This document shows, piece by piece, positions 20,274 through 28,732 of a stretch of 64,000 bases of DNA; within the stretch, counting starts at the first letter, position 1; each line of letters begins with the position of its first letter. The stretch is from Minisyncoccota bacterium (GTDB lineage Bacteria > Patescibacteriota > Microgenomatia > UBA1400 > UBA12028). The DNA lies in NCBI GenBank assembly GCA_016211945.1, contig JACRHV010000003.1:5631-69630 (forward strand), written 5' to 3'. A model generated the notes under the pieces. It did not search any database, had not been told where the DNA came from, and worked only from the letters and a program-made list of their open reading frames with translations. Both the position numbers and the translations under genes were made by a program.

Positions 20274-20725
20274 GTTTTTCCCTTCCGACTCGCCAATTGT
20301 ACTACAGAGAGAAAAACCGCAAGGAAAATCGCCCAATCCGCGAGGTTATTCCGTAGTCCTACAAAAGGTATAGGAAACCAGTCACGAACTCCACCAAAGT
20401 ATATTCTATCAATGATGTTGGAAACTGCACCTCCTATGAATAACCCAGTAAAAATGCCCTGCATATTTCGCCACACATACATCAACACACAACTCAGAAA
20501 AAAGAATAAAAACATTTGACTCAGAGGAAAAAGATTCAATGAAATGCCGGTGTTGAGCACTGTCTGACCACCCATCATACCCACACCATATTTTGATCCC
20601 TGATCCACAACGATCACGCCAAAGACTAAAACAAAAAACCAAATGCGTGAAGAGTAATTATTGAACCAATGTTGTCGCGGTTGGATCAACAAGGAGCCGT
20701 TGGATAGGAATTTCTTTGCCGTCAT
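20270..20725 (-). CDS. lspA: lipoprotein signal peptidase II
   Basis: 'GGAVSNIIDRIYFGGVRDWF' conserved LspA block; start codon uncertain (ATG 20725 or TTG about 20689). Confidence 0.8.
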   Translation of the reverse strand: MTAKKFLSNGSLLIQPRQHWFNNYSSRIWFFVLVFGVIVVDQGSKYGVGMMGGQTVLNTGISLNLFPLSQMFLFFFLSCVLMYVWRNMQGIFTGLFIGGAVSNIIDRIYFGGVRDWFPIPFVGLRNNLADWAIFLAVFLSVVQLASRKGKT

Positions 20726-20996
20726 GCGTAAGTCCATATATCCCCTTCTCCATACGGTCAAGCGCACCATTGACGCGCGCAAGCATATCAACCACCTCAG
20801 ATCCAACGACCTCACTCTCCAAAATCTGTGCTTCCTCACGTGCGTCGGTATCTGGACTTGCGTTGTTGTTCACTCGATCTTCGTTATGAACAGGATTCGC
20901 TTCATCAACAACTTTCTGAACCTCAGAAAGTTTTGCGCGGCGTTCTAAAAGTCTCTGCTTCAAAGTCTGGAGAACATCTGCGGGAATATGTTTCAT
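20658..20996 (-). CDS. DksA/TraR-family protein lacking the C4 zinc-finger cysteines
   Basis: 'MEKGIYGLTHDGKEIPIQRLLVDPTATT' resembles the TraR/DksA C-terminal region but has no Cys. Confidence 0.5.
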   Translation of the reverse strand: MKHIPADVLQTLKQRLLERRAKLSEVQKVVDEANPVHNEDRVNNNASPDTDAREEAQILESEVVGSEVVDMLARVNGALDRMEKGIYGLTHDGKEIPIQRLLVDPTATTLVQ

Positions 20997-21011
20997 ATGT
21001 TCTCTAGCCTA

Positions 21012-21860
21012 TCATACCTGCTCTGCTTGGTGCAATGGAGCTTTCTTCTTTGGAAATGAAAACGATCGACCTGAGCGATTGTAGAGCACCACAAATCCCC
21101 CAATGATTGATGCGATATACAGCACAACATCAACAGAAAACCCATACGCCACAATCATTCCTTGTTGAACAGCACTCAAACCCAATCCAATCGCGCCAAA
21201 TCCCATACAGAATATCGCAAAGATGAAACCTGTTTGTGCGGTGCGACGATTTTCTCGATACCAAAGGAAAGTCCTATAGACCCCCTCCAACCGCCATAAC
21301 AAGAAAAACAACCCGAGATATGCTATTGCGGCATACAGTTGTGTTGGATGGTGTTTATCGAAAACCCCCGGAAACGTAAGTCCTATTGGCAACGTTGTCG
21401 CATTGCCAAATCCCGAGCCATTCACAAACATTCCAATGCTTATTACTACTGTAGAAAGCGCAACCGCCATTGCACTAAAATCCGCGATCTCAAAACTATC
21501 CCAACGGAGTGTCTTTGTCTGCATAAACATCCCATACGCTCCAGTAAGAAGACCAGAAAACCCTAAATATCCAGGATACGACATGAGTGAAAACCACTTG
21601 AGCACATCAAACCCAAACTCATTGAAATGTACGAGGATAAAACCGAGACGTGCGCCAATGAACCCCCAAAATGCGGTGGATAGGAGAACGTCAAACAGAA
21701 GGTGTTCATCATAGTACTCTTCTTTTCCTTTTTTCCAAAATATAAAGGCTCCAGCAAAAAATGCGAGGACCAAAAAAGGGCCAAATGCTAGTGTTCGAAT
21801 GAGGTTCAAAACGTCAATCACAGCGTAAGTATACATCATGGGGGCGGCCCCCTGTGCCAT
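21012..21860 (-). CDS. lgt: prolipoprotein diacylglyceryl transferase
   Basis: 'HPTQLYAAIAY' (Lgt H-P-T-Q-L-Y signature), polytopic membrane protein. Confidence 0.85.
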   Translation of the reverse strand: MAQGAAPMMYTYAVIDVLNLIRTLAFGPFLVLAFFAGAFIFWKKGKEEYYDEHLLFDVLLSTAFWGFIGARLGFILVHFNEFGFDVLKWFSLMSYPGYLGFSGLLTGAYGMFMQTKTLRWDSFEIADFSAMAVALSTVVISIGMFVNGSGFGNATTLPIGLTFPGVFDKHHPTQLYAAIAYLGLFFLLWRLEGVYRTFLWYRENRRTAQTGFIFAIFCMGFGAIGLGLSAVQQGMIVAYGFSVDVVLYIASIIGGFVVLYNRSGRSFSFPKKKAPLHQAEQV

Positions 21861-21891
21861 TTTGCGAAGAGTTTGGTATACTGCGCAGGCT

Positions 21892-22368
21892 ATGTTATCT
21901 CTTTCACACGCGGCGACTGGAGCATTTTTAGCCGCTAAACTTCAGAATCCATTGCTTTATATTCCCATCATTCTTGCCTCACACTATCTTGAAGACTATA
22001 TCCTGCATTGGGACGTTGGGACCGGCCTTTCAAATGGTACGAGGAAACGCGAGCATGCGTTTATGTTGGAGGTAATAGATCTCGGCCTCACCGCCGTTTT
22101 AGTATTTGCGATGTATCCCACTACTCCGTGGACTATCACACAACATGTCTTTGCCGGACAATGGACTTCCCTCGCTCCCTACATTGGAGCGTTTTTTGCT
22201 TTAGTACCAGATTTTATTGAGGCTCCACGAAACTTTTTTCATTGGAACCCATGGTTCTTAAAACCATTGAATGCGTTTCATCATGCTATTCATCACTCGA
22301 CACCGAATATGTTGCTTGGACTGACGCCACAACTTATTCTTCTTGCCGGTCTCTGGTTTTTTAGATAA
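21892..22368 (+). CDS. membrane protein, unknown function
   Basis: hydrophobic ORF; start taken at Met 21892 inside the longer ORF. Confidence 0.4.
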   Translation: MLSLSHAATGAFLAAKLQNPLLYIPIILASHYLEDYILHWDVGTGLSNGTRKREHAFMLEVIDLGLTAVLVFAMYPTTPWTITQHVFAGQWTSLAPYIGAFFALVPDFIEAPRNFFHWNPWFLKPLNAFHHAIHHSTPNMLLGLTPQLILLAGLWFFR

Positions 22369-22419
22369 TGCGAGTTTTGCTGTAAGCTCCTTTGATCCTC
22401 TGGTATAATCGCTTATGTC

Positions 22420-22503
22420 GCCGAGATGCTGGAATGGTATACAGTCTAGTCTCAAAAACTAGTGGGCTTCGCGCCCATGAGGGTTCGACTCCCTCTCTCG
22501 GCA
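22420..22503 (+). tRNA. tRNA-Leu (anticodon CAA), class II with long variable arm; CCA not encoded
   Basis: Cloverleaf folded by hand: acceptor GCCGAGA/TCTCGGC, D-stem CTG/CAG with GG in loop, anticodon stem CTAGT/ACTAG, loop CTCAAAA (U33, A37), 16-nt variable arm, T-arm GAGGG-TTCGACT-CCCTC, discriminator A; extended -10 TGgTATAAT at about 22399. Confidence 0.9.
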
Positions 22504-22506
22504 CAG

Positions 22507-22830
22507 ATGCCAGCCCAGAAAAGAGATATCTTGAATCAAGATTCTTTAAGAGAAAGACTTTACACCGCCTCAACATTGAAAGATGTCTTGAGTATTTTAG
22601 ATGTGTTGAAGGAAACAGACGGGAAAGTCTTGATTGAGGAAAGCATTCGAGCGCTTGTTGCGATATACGAAGCGGGTAAAATTACCACACAAGATTTACT
22701 TTTTGTGCGTAGAATATTTACGGCACATATAAACCGAGACGATGCCAAGATATGGTGTTCCGACAAAAATAGTGTTCAACAAACCTATGCTATTTTTTTT
22801 GAGTACGCAGAACGAGCGTTCTCAAAATAA
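22507..22830 (+). CDS. hypothetical protein (107 aa)
   Basis: start placed at the first Met after the tRNA; no motif. Confidence 0.4.
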   Translation: MPAQKRDILNQDSLRERLYTASTLKDVLSILDVLKETDGKVLIEESIRALVAIYEAGKITTQDLLFVRRIFTAHINRDDAKIWCSDKNSVQQTYAIFFEYAERAFSK

Positions 22831-22832
22831 AT

Positions 22833-23120
22833 TTGTTTTGCTTATTTGATTCCTTACTCATTTTCCGTTACTCTACATGTATGCAATCTCTGCTCCATGC
22901 ATTGTTCTCTGTCGACAGCATTTGGTCATTTGTCTTTCAGGCGGTGATTTGGTTTGCAATATGTCTTGTGATGATCGTGAGCACCGATGTCGCACGTCCA
23001 GAAAGAAATTATAAAAAATTGAAGCAAAATTTGGGTTTATTGTTAATGTTCATCTTCTTATCAGGAGGATTGCTATTTGTGTTGTTTGGAAGAACTCCGG
23101 TACCAATGGTAAGAAGTTGA
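22833..23120 (+). CDS. small hypothetical membrane protein
   Basis: two hydrophobic helices. Confidence 0.35.
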   Translation: MFCLFDSLLIFRYSTCMQSLLHALFSVDSIWSFVFQAVIWFAICLVMIVSTDVARPERNYKKLKQNLGLLLMFIFLSGGLLFVLFGRTPVPMVRS

Positions 23121-23156
23121 TCATTTAAGTAAAAAGAAGTAATAATTTATATTACT

Positions 23157-23504
23157 ATGTCAAGTTTTAGTCTTGATAAATTGAAAAAATACCTCCCCGC
23201 TAGAGATTCTAGCCACGCTCACACTATTGCTGATAGTATTTTAAGGACGGATAGAACTGTTCGCGATGAAGAACGTCAATTACTTTACAAATACCTAATG
23301 ACTCAAATACTATTTCCTGACGCACAAGAAAAATTAGAGGAAGATAAAAGAGTGTGGGCACTTGCTTGTGCAATATTGAGATATTTCGAAAATCATAATC
23401 CCCATTATCGGCCACCAAATCCTTCATCTATGATGGATGGGGTTGGAGGGACAAATCCACGAATATATGATGGGGATGACGATTGGATGAATCTTAACAA
23501 TTAA
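23157..23504 (+). CDS. hypothetical protein (115 aa)
   Basis: ORF track only; AT-richer than surrounding sequence. Confidence 0.35.
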   Translation: MSSFSLDKLKKYLPARDSSHAHTIADSILRTDRTVRDEERQLLYKYLMTQILFPDAQEKLEEDKRVWALACAILRYFENHNPHYRPPNPSSMMDGVGGTNPRIYDGDDDWMNLNN

Positions 23505-23508
23505 GACC

Positions 23509-24816
23509 CTATCCTCTCTGTTCCATCCCGTAAAACTTAATGCGATCACCCTTAAAGAACAGGTCTATACTACGTAACGGTCCATTGCGGTGTTTTGCAA
23601 TGGTAAGCTTTACATGCTCCGGCGCCTCGTCTTCTTCTCGATACAAAAACATCACAACGTCCGAGTCCTGCTCTATCGAACCACTCTCGCGTAAATCCGA
23701 CAGTTGTGGCTGTTTTGTTCCTCTGTTTTCTACTCCACGGTTGAGCTGCGACAACGCTAAAACGGGAACCTTCAACTCGCGCGCTAAATTCTTTAGGCCC
23801 TGCGAAATTTCGGACACTTCCTGCACCCGATTGTCTTTTGTGTACCCCTGCATCAACTGTAAATAATCAACCACAATCAAGTCCAATCCATGTTCTGCCA
23901 TCAACCGTCTTGCTTTAGTCCGCACCTCCAAGATAGACTGGCCGGGAGTGTCATCAAAATACAGCGGAGCCTCGGCGAGTACACCCATCGCCTCAGAAAG
24001 TTTTTCAAAATCATCCTCACTAAGCCGCCCTGTTTTCAATCTCCACGCATCAATGTCGGCCTGTTGCACCAAGAGACGATCCACCATTTCCTCGGTGCTC
24101 ATCTCCAGCGCAAAATACCCAACCTTCATCCCTTTCACCACCGCGACATGTTGGGCGATAGAAAGAGAAAATGCCGTTTTTCCAATACCGGGACGCGCCG
24201 CCAACACAATGAGGTTAGACTTCTGCATACCAGCCAAAGTATTGTCCAAATCCAAAAATCCGGTTGAAACTCCGCGCAATCCATCACTGTTTTTGTGGAG
24301 TTCATCAAGTCGATCAAAACTTTCTGACAATGCTTTTTTCAAAGAAACAAATGATCGCCGCATCTGTTTCTGTGATAAGCTGAACACTTGTTTTTCCGTT
24401 TTGTCCAAAATCTGGTCTGTACTTAACCCGGGATCAAACGCCATTTCACCCAACTCTCCTGAGAGTGAGATGAGAGAACGTTTAATCGATAAATCGCGTA
24501 CGATCTTGGCGTATTGAACCACATGGGCAGCTGTAGGAACGCTGGAAGCAAGTTTGGCTAGATATGCAGACCCGCCAATTTCGGTAAACCGCTTCATTTT
24601 CTTCAGTTGATTGGTCAACGTCACCACATCAATGGGCTCGCGCTCATCGAAGAGCTTCAGCATTGCCTCATAAATATCAGCATGCGCGGTTTTATAGAAA
24701 TTGGCTGATTCTAATTTATCCGCAACTTGAACAATCGCTTCTCTATCGAGCAGAATAGCCCCTAAAACGCTTTCTTCTGCTTCAAGATTATGTGGAGGAG
24801 TTTTGAGATCTGCCAT
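23509..24816 (-). CDS. dnaB: replicative DNA helicase
   Basis: 'LEAEESVLGAIL' N-terminus, Walker A 'ARPGIGKTAF', typical DnaB. Confidence 0.9.
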   Translation of the reverse strand: MADLKTPPHNLEAEESVLGAILLDREAIVQVADKLESANFYKTAHADIYEAMLKLFDEREPIDVVTLTNQLKKMKRFTEIGGSAYLAKLASSVPTAAHVVQYAKIVRDLSIKRSLISLSGELGEMAFDPGLSTDQILDKTEKQVFSLSQKQMRRSFVSLKKALSESFDRLDELHKNSDGLRGVSTGFLDLDNTLAGMQKSNLIVLAARPGIGKTAFSLSIAQHVAVVKGMKVGYFALEMSTEEMVDRLLVQQADIDAWRLKTGRLSEDDFEKLSEAMGVLAEAPLYFDDTPGQSILEVRTKARRLMAEHGLDLIVVDYLQLMQGYTKDNRVQEVSEISQGLKNLARELKVPVLALSQLNRGVENRGTKQPQLSDLRESGSIEQDSDVVMFLYREEDEAPEHVKLTIAKHRNGPLRSIDLFFKGDRIKFYGMEQRG

Positions 24817-24852
24817 AATATTTCACTTTTCAACGACGGGACTCGCAGATAC

Positions 24853-25515
24853 CTAGGCTGTTTTTAACACAACGAGTTCTGTTTCTTCCGGCATCGAACC
24901 GGCGTTCACGACAAATGCTGTTGTTGGTTCCTTCGTGATACCGTAAATCTTCATAAAATCTTCAACCGTTGCGAGTTGTCCAAACGCTTTTTGATCGTGT
25001 TCGGCAGTACGATAATGCATTGGAATAACATAATACGGCTCAAGTTGCTGAATAACATCCACTGCTTGTTTCGGATCGAGGCTATACACTCCTCCCACAG
25101 GACAGAGTAATACATCGATCGTACCCATTTCCTCTACCGTTTTTTCATCAAGTACATGTCCCAAATCTCCTAAGTGTGCGACGCTCACATCGTCGATCTG
25201 CACCACGTACATCGTGTTGGAACCTCGCTCACCTCCTTGTGTTGCGTCGTGATATGAGGGATGGCCGAACACAGAGATTCCATTTACCTCATATTCACCT
25301 GGAGTATCAATAATAAATGGTTTCTCTCGACGCGCTGTCCCCATCGCATGGTCCACTGCATTATGATCTGAATGTTGATGCGAGACCGTTACAACATCTA
25401 CCGCAATTTTTGGTAACTTAAACGAGCGTGTGGCGTCATCATACGGATCCATGAGCACGGTCCCCTGTTTTCCTTTGAGCTTGAAACACGAGTGACCGAG
25501 GTAAGTAATTTCCAT
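24853..25515 (-). CDS. MBL-fold metallo-hydrolase
   Basis: 'HQHSDHN' (HxHxDH) motif. Confidence 0.7.
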   Translation of the reverse strand: MEITYLGHSCFKLKGKQGTVLMDPYDDATRSFKLPKIAVDVVTVSHQHSDHNAVDHAMGTARREKPFIIDTPGEYEVNGISVFGHPSYHDATQGGERGSNTMYVVQIDDVSVAHLGDLGHVLDEKTVEEMGTIDVLLCPVGGVYSLDPKQAVDVIQQLEPYYVIPMHYRTAEHDQKAFGQLATVEDFMKIYGITKEPTTAFVVNAGSMPEETELVVLKTA

Positions 25516-25580
25516 GAGACGATTGTAGCGTGGGTTTTCTTCGTATGCAACGGAGGAATGTGATGCCTGGCGAACGAGGA

Positions 25581-25601
25581 GGTCCGACCTAGTTCCGACC
25601 T
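25581..25601. promoter_or_regulatory. double half-site motif GGTCCGACC-TAG-TTCCGACC, 5 bp upstream of a TTGACT -35
   Basis: near-identical 21-mer recurs at 45139-45159 in the same position relative to another promoter. Confidence 0.45.
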
Positions 25602-25668
25602 TTCTGTTGACTCTTTCCGCTGGCCCTCTGGCAAAATATGCGTTTACCCGGTAGAATAGGCATCGCCT

Positions 25669-26172
25669 ATGAAAAAAGAGGTTGGTATTGCAATTATTTT
25701 CGGTGTATTCGTTGGACTCGTTCTGACGTTCGGCGTGTATGTTGCAAATACCGCACTTCAGAAAAAATCACAAAAAGAAACCACGACAACCGCAACACCT
25801 TCCCCTAGTGTTCAAGAAACAACGTCTTCTACTATTGTTCTATTTAATCCAGACGATGGCGCTCTTGTTGAAAAAGAACTTCTTCTTGTCTCGGGGCTTA
25901 CATCCGCAAACGCCACTGTTGTTGTATTCGTGAACAACGATGAATACGTCACTACTGCAGATCAAAAAGGAAACTTCACTGTGGAGGTAAAACTTACTGG
26001 TGGAAGCAATGTGATTACCACGATCGTTACAGAGCTATCTGGAAAACAAAATGAGGATACGCGCGTCGTTGTGTTTAGCACAGCAAATCTCGACGATGCT
26101 CCGCTTACTTCTCTACCACCCACACCTTCGGCATCACCAAAAAGTTCAGTAAAACCAAAGGAATCACCATAA
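25669..26172 (+). CDS. membrane-anchored Thr/Ser-rich hypothetical protein
   Basis: N-terminal TM helix, low-complexity T/S/P regions. Confidence 0.45.
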   Translation: MKKEVGIAIIFGVFVGLVLTFGVYVANTALQKKSQKETTTTATPSPSVQETTSSTIVLFNPDDGALVEKELLLVSGLTSANATVVVFVNNDEYVTTADQKGNFTVEVKLTGGSNVITTIVTELSGKQNEDTRVVVFSTANLDDAPLTSLPPTPSASPKSSVKPKESP

Positions 26173-26183
26173 ACGGAGCAATC

Positions 26184-26849
26184 ATGAAGTCATCATATTT
26201 CTTTCTTTCATTCATCATTGTGTGTCTCGTATGGTTGTTTTCCTTCTCTTCACTCATACAAGCAGCCACGGCGACAATCTCAGCAAATACCACAGCAACA
26301 CGTTCAGCGGTGGATCGTGTGAAGGAAATATTAGAAGAAACAGAGCAGATCCAAAACCAACGGAAACGTCGAGCGCTTGTAGGAATGGTAGAGCGTGTAA
26401 CAACAGAATCGTTATCTTTAAAAACATTAAAAGGAGAACAGATTATTAAGCTTTTGCCAGAAAAAACGACTATTCTCTCTACTCCTAAACCGCAGCCAAT
26501 GCAGGTGCAGGACATTGAGATCGGCGGATATGCTATTGTGATGGGTTATGTAAATAGCGATGATGTTATAGAAGCACGGCGTATTCTTGTATCCTCAACA
26601 ATTCTTTTCCCGCCAAAGAAGAAAATTGTTCTTGGTACTGTACAAAATATCTCTTCCTCTACTCTTACTCTATTGACCCGTATGCAAAAAGAAGAAAAAA
26701 TCTCTCTTTCAAAAAAAACAGTCTATGAAGATAAGCAGGGTGAATCGCTTAAAAGGACTGAGGTTCGGGAGGACGATGAGGTACTTGTTATCTTCAGAAA
26801 CGCTGATGATGCAAGTGCCTCTGCAACTGTCGTTACTGTACTTCAATAA
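26184..26849 (+). CDS. secreted hypothetical protein
   Basis: N-terminal signal-like hydrophobic segment. Confidence 0.45.
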   Translation: MKSSYFFLSFIIVCLVWLFSFSSLIQAATATISANTTATRSAVDRVKEILEETEQIQNQRKRRALVGMVERVTTESLSLKTLKGEQIIKLLPEKTTILSTPKPQPMQVQDIEIGGYAIVMGYVNSDDVIEARRILVSSTILFPPKKKIVLGTVQNISSSTLTLLTRMQKEEKISLSKKTVYEDKQGESLKRTEVREDDEVLVIFRNADDASASATVVTVLQ

Positions 26850-26914
26850 CGTGTTCTTTCTCAGTAATCCAGATGTATTTGCGCATTGTTGACACCCTGT
26901 GATATAGTATCTCC

Positions 26915-27178
26915 CACAAGTAAACTGTATAAAGCGCTAACTGGAGTCACGATCCAGGAGCTGCTCGCCAAAATGCGAGACGGAAGCTTCACCGTAAAAC
27001 CAAGCAGTCGATGTCGCTCAAGCGGAGTCGGCCCAAGAGCTTCTCAGAAAAATGCTGAGAAGAACAAAGGATGGGACCGCGGGAGGTCCTTTTTTATTGC
27101 GCAAATGTTTTGCGCAGGATGCCTCTCGTTCCTTACAGATCACAGTTGCTGTGGTGTGTAGCGAACGGGAGGTTTTTT
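26915..27178 (+). promoter_or_regulatory. T-box riboswitch leader (predicted tRNA-His specific)
   Basis: 27067-27086: helix A1 AAGGA, 7-nt bulge UGGGACC, helix A2 GCGGGAGG, matching the T-box consensus AGGGUGGNACCGCGG. A2/A1 3' strands CCUCUCGU-UCCUU (27122-27134) overlap the 5' arm of terminator CCUCUCGUUCC...GGAACGGGAGG-UUUUUU (27122-27178). Upstream hairpin CUGGA-GUCACGA-UCCAG (26941-26958) carries CAC. Promoter-like TTGCGC/TATAGT at 26879-26908. Confidence 0.7.
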
Positions 27179-27214
27179 GTTAGAAAAATAAAAGAGGAAA
27201 AAAGAAAGGAATAT

Positions 27215-28732
27215 ATGAACATCCAACTTACAGGAAAAGATTTAACGATTGATCTTGTAAAAAAAGTCGCCAGAGATAGAGAGAAAATTTCTCTTTCTCA
27301 GAAAGCTCGCAAAAATATAGAAAAAGGCCGAGGTATTTTACAAGCTTACGTTGATCGTGGAGAAAAGATTTATGGGGTAACAACCGGGTTTGGAGATTTC
27401 TCTAAGGTTTTCATATCCTCAAATGACGCCGCGCAACTTCAAGTGAATCTTATTCGCAGTCACAATGCAGGTGTTGGCAATCCAGTTCCAGAGGATGTAG
27501 TTCGAGCGACTATGCTTGCTCGTACAAATTACTTGGCTAGTGGAATGTCTGGCTGTCGACCAATAATTGTTGAAACACTCGTTGAAGCCTTAAACAAAAA
27601 CCTCTATCCTTTTATTCCAAGAAAAGGTTCTGTTGGTGCGAGTGGAGATCTTGCTCCTTTGGCTGCAATGGCTGCTTGTCTTATGGGTGAAGGATTTGCC
27701 ATTGTTGATGGGAAAAAAGTGCCTTCATTGCAAGTTCTGCAAGAAAAGAGAATTAAACCAATCAAACTTTCATTCAAAGAGGGACTCTCCCTTATTAATG
27801 GCGATACGCTCATGGTAGGATACGCCACCCTACTGGTATATGACGCAATTCAACTTGCAAAACTCTCAGATATTGCTATCAGCATGACAATCGAGAGTAT
27901 TGTTGGCGTTATGGAGGCTTTCGACGAACGCCTGCAACTCTCTCGAGGTTTTTTTGGTCAAGTTGCTTCTGCCAGAAATATTCGAGCGCTCACTGCTGGA
28001 AGCAAAATACTCTCTGGAGAAAAAAGACGGGTTCAAGATAGCTATGTTATTCGATGTGGTCCGGTTATTTTGGGTGCATCACGCGAAGCAATTTCGTTTG
28101 TTCGGCGTCAAACGGAGATCGAACTTAATGGATCGTGCGACAACCCACTTGTTTTCTTAAAAGATGACGCTGTTTTAGCTGGTGGAAACTTCCACGGCCA
28201 GCCACTCGCTCTTCCGCTCGATTTTCTCAAGATTGCGGTATCGGAATTTGCAAGCTCCTCTGAACGTCGAATGGAACGCATGATTAATAAAACATACTCG
28301 GGAATGCCTCCATTTCTTATTGAAAATGGTGGATTGAATTCCGGTTTTATGGTCCCGCAATATACCGCTGCTGGACTCATTAACTTAAATAAGGGGCTTT
28401 CGTGGCCGAATAGTGTTGATTCAACGCCTCTTTGTGCGGGTCAAGAAGATCACGTTTCCATGGGAACAAATTCTGCACTTACAGCATATGAAGTTGTTCA
28501 AAATACACAGTATGTCTTGGCAATTGAGTTGCTGATTGCTGCGCAAGCATTAGAGTTTTCCGAGAAATCTCCAAGCTTAGTCATACAAAAACTGAAACGG
28601 TTCATTCGAACAAAGATTCCAAAGGTTACACAAGACGTTGCTATGAGTCCACTCATCGAGCAAATGAAGAACTGGATTGCAGACGAATCGTTTGTTCGTA
28701 TGACAGAAAAAAATGTTGGAGTATTGGCATGA
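27215..28732 (+). CDS. hutH: histidine ammonia-lyase family (MIO-dependent) enzyme
   Basis: 'GSVGASGDLAPLA' MIO-forming Ala-Ser-Gly motif; 505 aa; start taken at ATG 27215 after AAAGAGGAAAAAAGAAAGGA. Confidence 0.8.
   Translation: MNIQLTGKDLTIDLVKKVARDREKISLSQKARKNIEKGRGILQAYVDRGEKIYGVTTGFGDFSKVFISSNDAAQLQVNLIRSHNAGVGNPVPEDVVRATMLARTNYLASGMSGCRPIIVETLVEALNKNLYPFIPRKGSVGASGDLAPLAAMAACLMGEGFAIVDGKKVPSLQVLQEKRIKPIKLSFKEGLSLINGDTLMVGYATLLVYDAIQLAKLSDIAISMTIESIVGVMEAFDERLQLSRGFFGQVASARNIRALTAGSKILSGEKRRVQDSYVIRCGPVILGASREAISFVRRQTEIELNGSCDNPLVFLKDDAVLAGGNFHGQPLALPLDFLKIAVSEFASSSERRMERMINKTYSGMPPFLIENGGLNSGFMVPQYTAAGLINLNKGLSWPNSVDSTPLCAGQEDHVSMGTNSALTAYEVVQNTQYVLAIELLIAAQALEFSEKSPSLVIQKLKRFIRTKIPKVTQDVAMSPLIEQMKNWIADESFVRMTEKNVGVLA

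Noticed and set aside
22361-22637. ORFs 22361..22576 (-) and 22392..22637 (+) overlapping the tRNA
   Set aside because: They span tRNA-Leu, which has a clean cloverleaf, so they are spurious reading frames through an RNA gene.
26899-27096. Stand-alone small RNA (6S/SRP-like) with its own promoter and the hairpin GGACC-GCGGGA-GGUCC followed by U6
   Set aside because: No match to the SRP domain-IV motif. The hairpin-U6 lies inside the loop of the T-box antiterminator A2 helix. The whole region is better explained as a T-box leader with the downstream terminator at 27122-27178.
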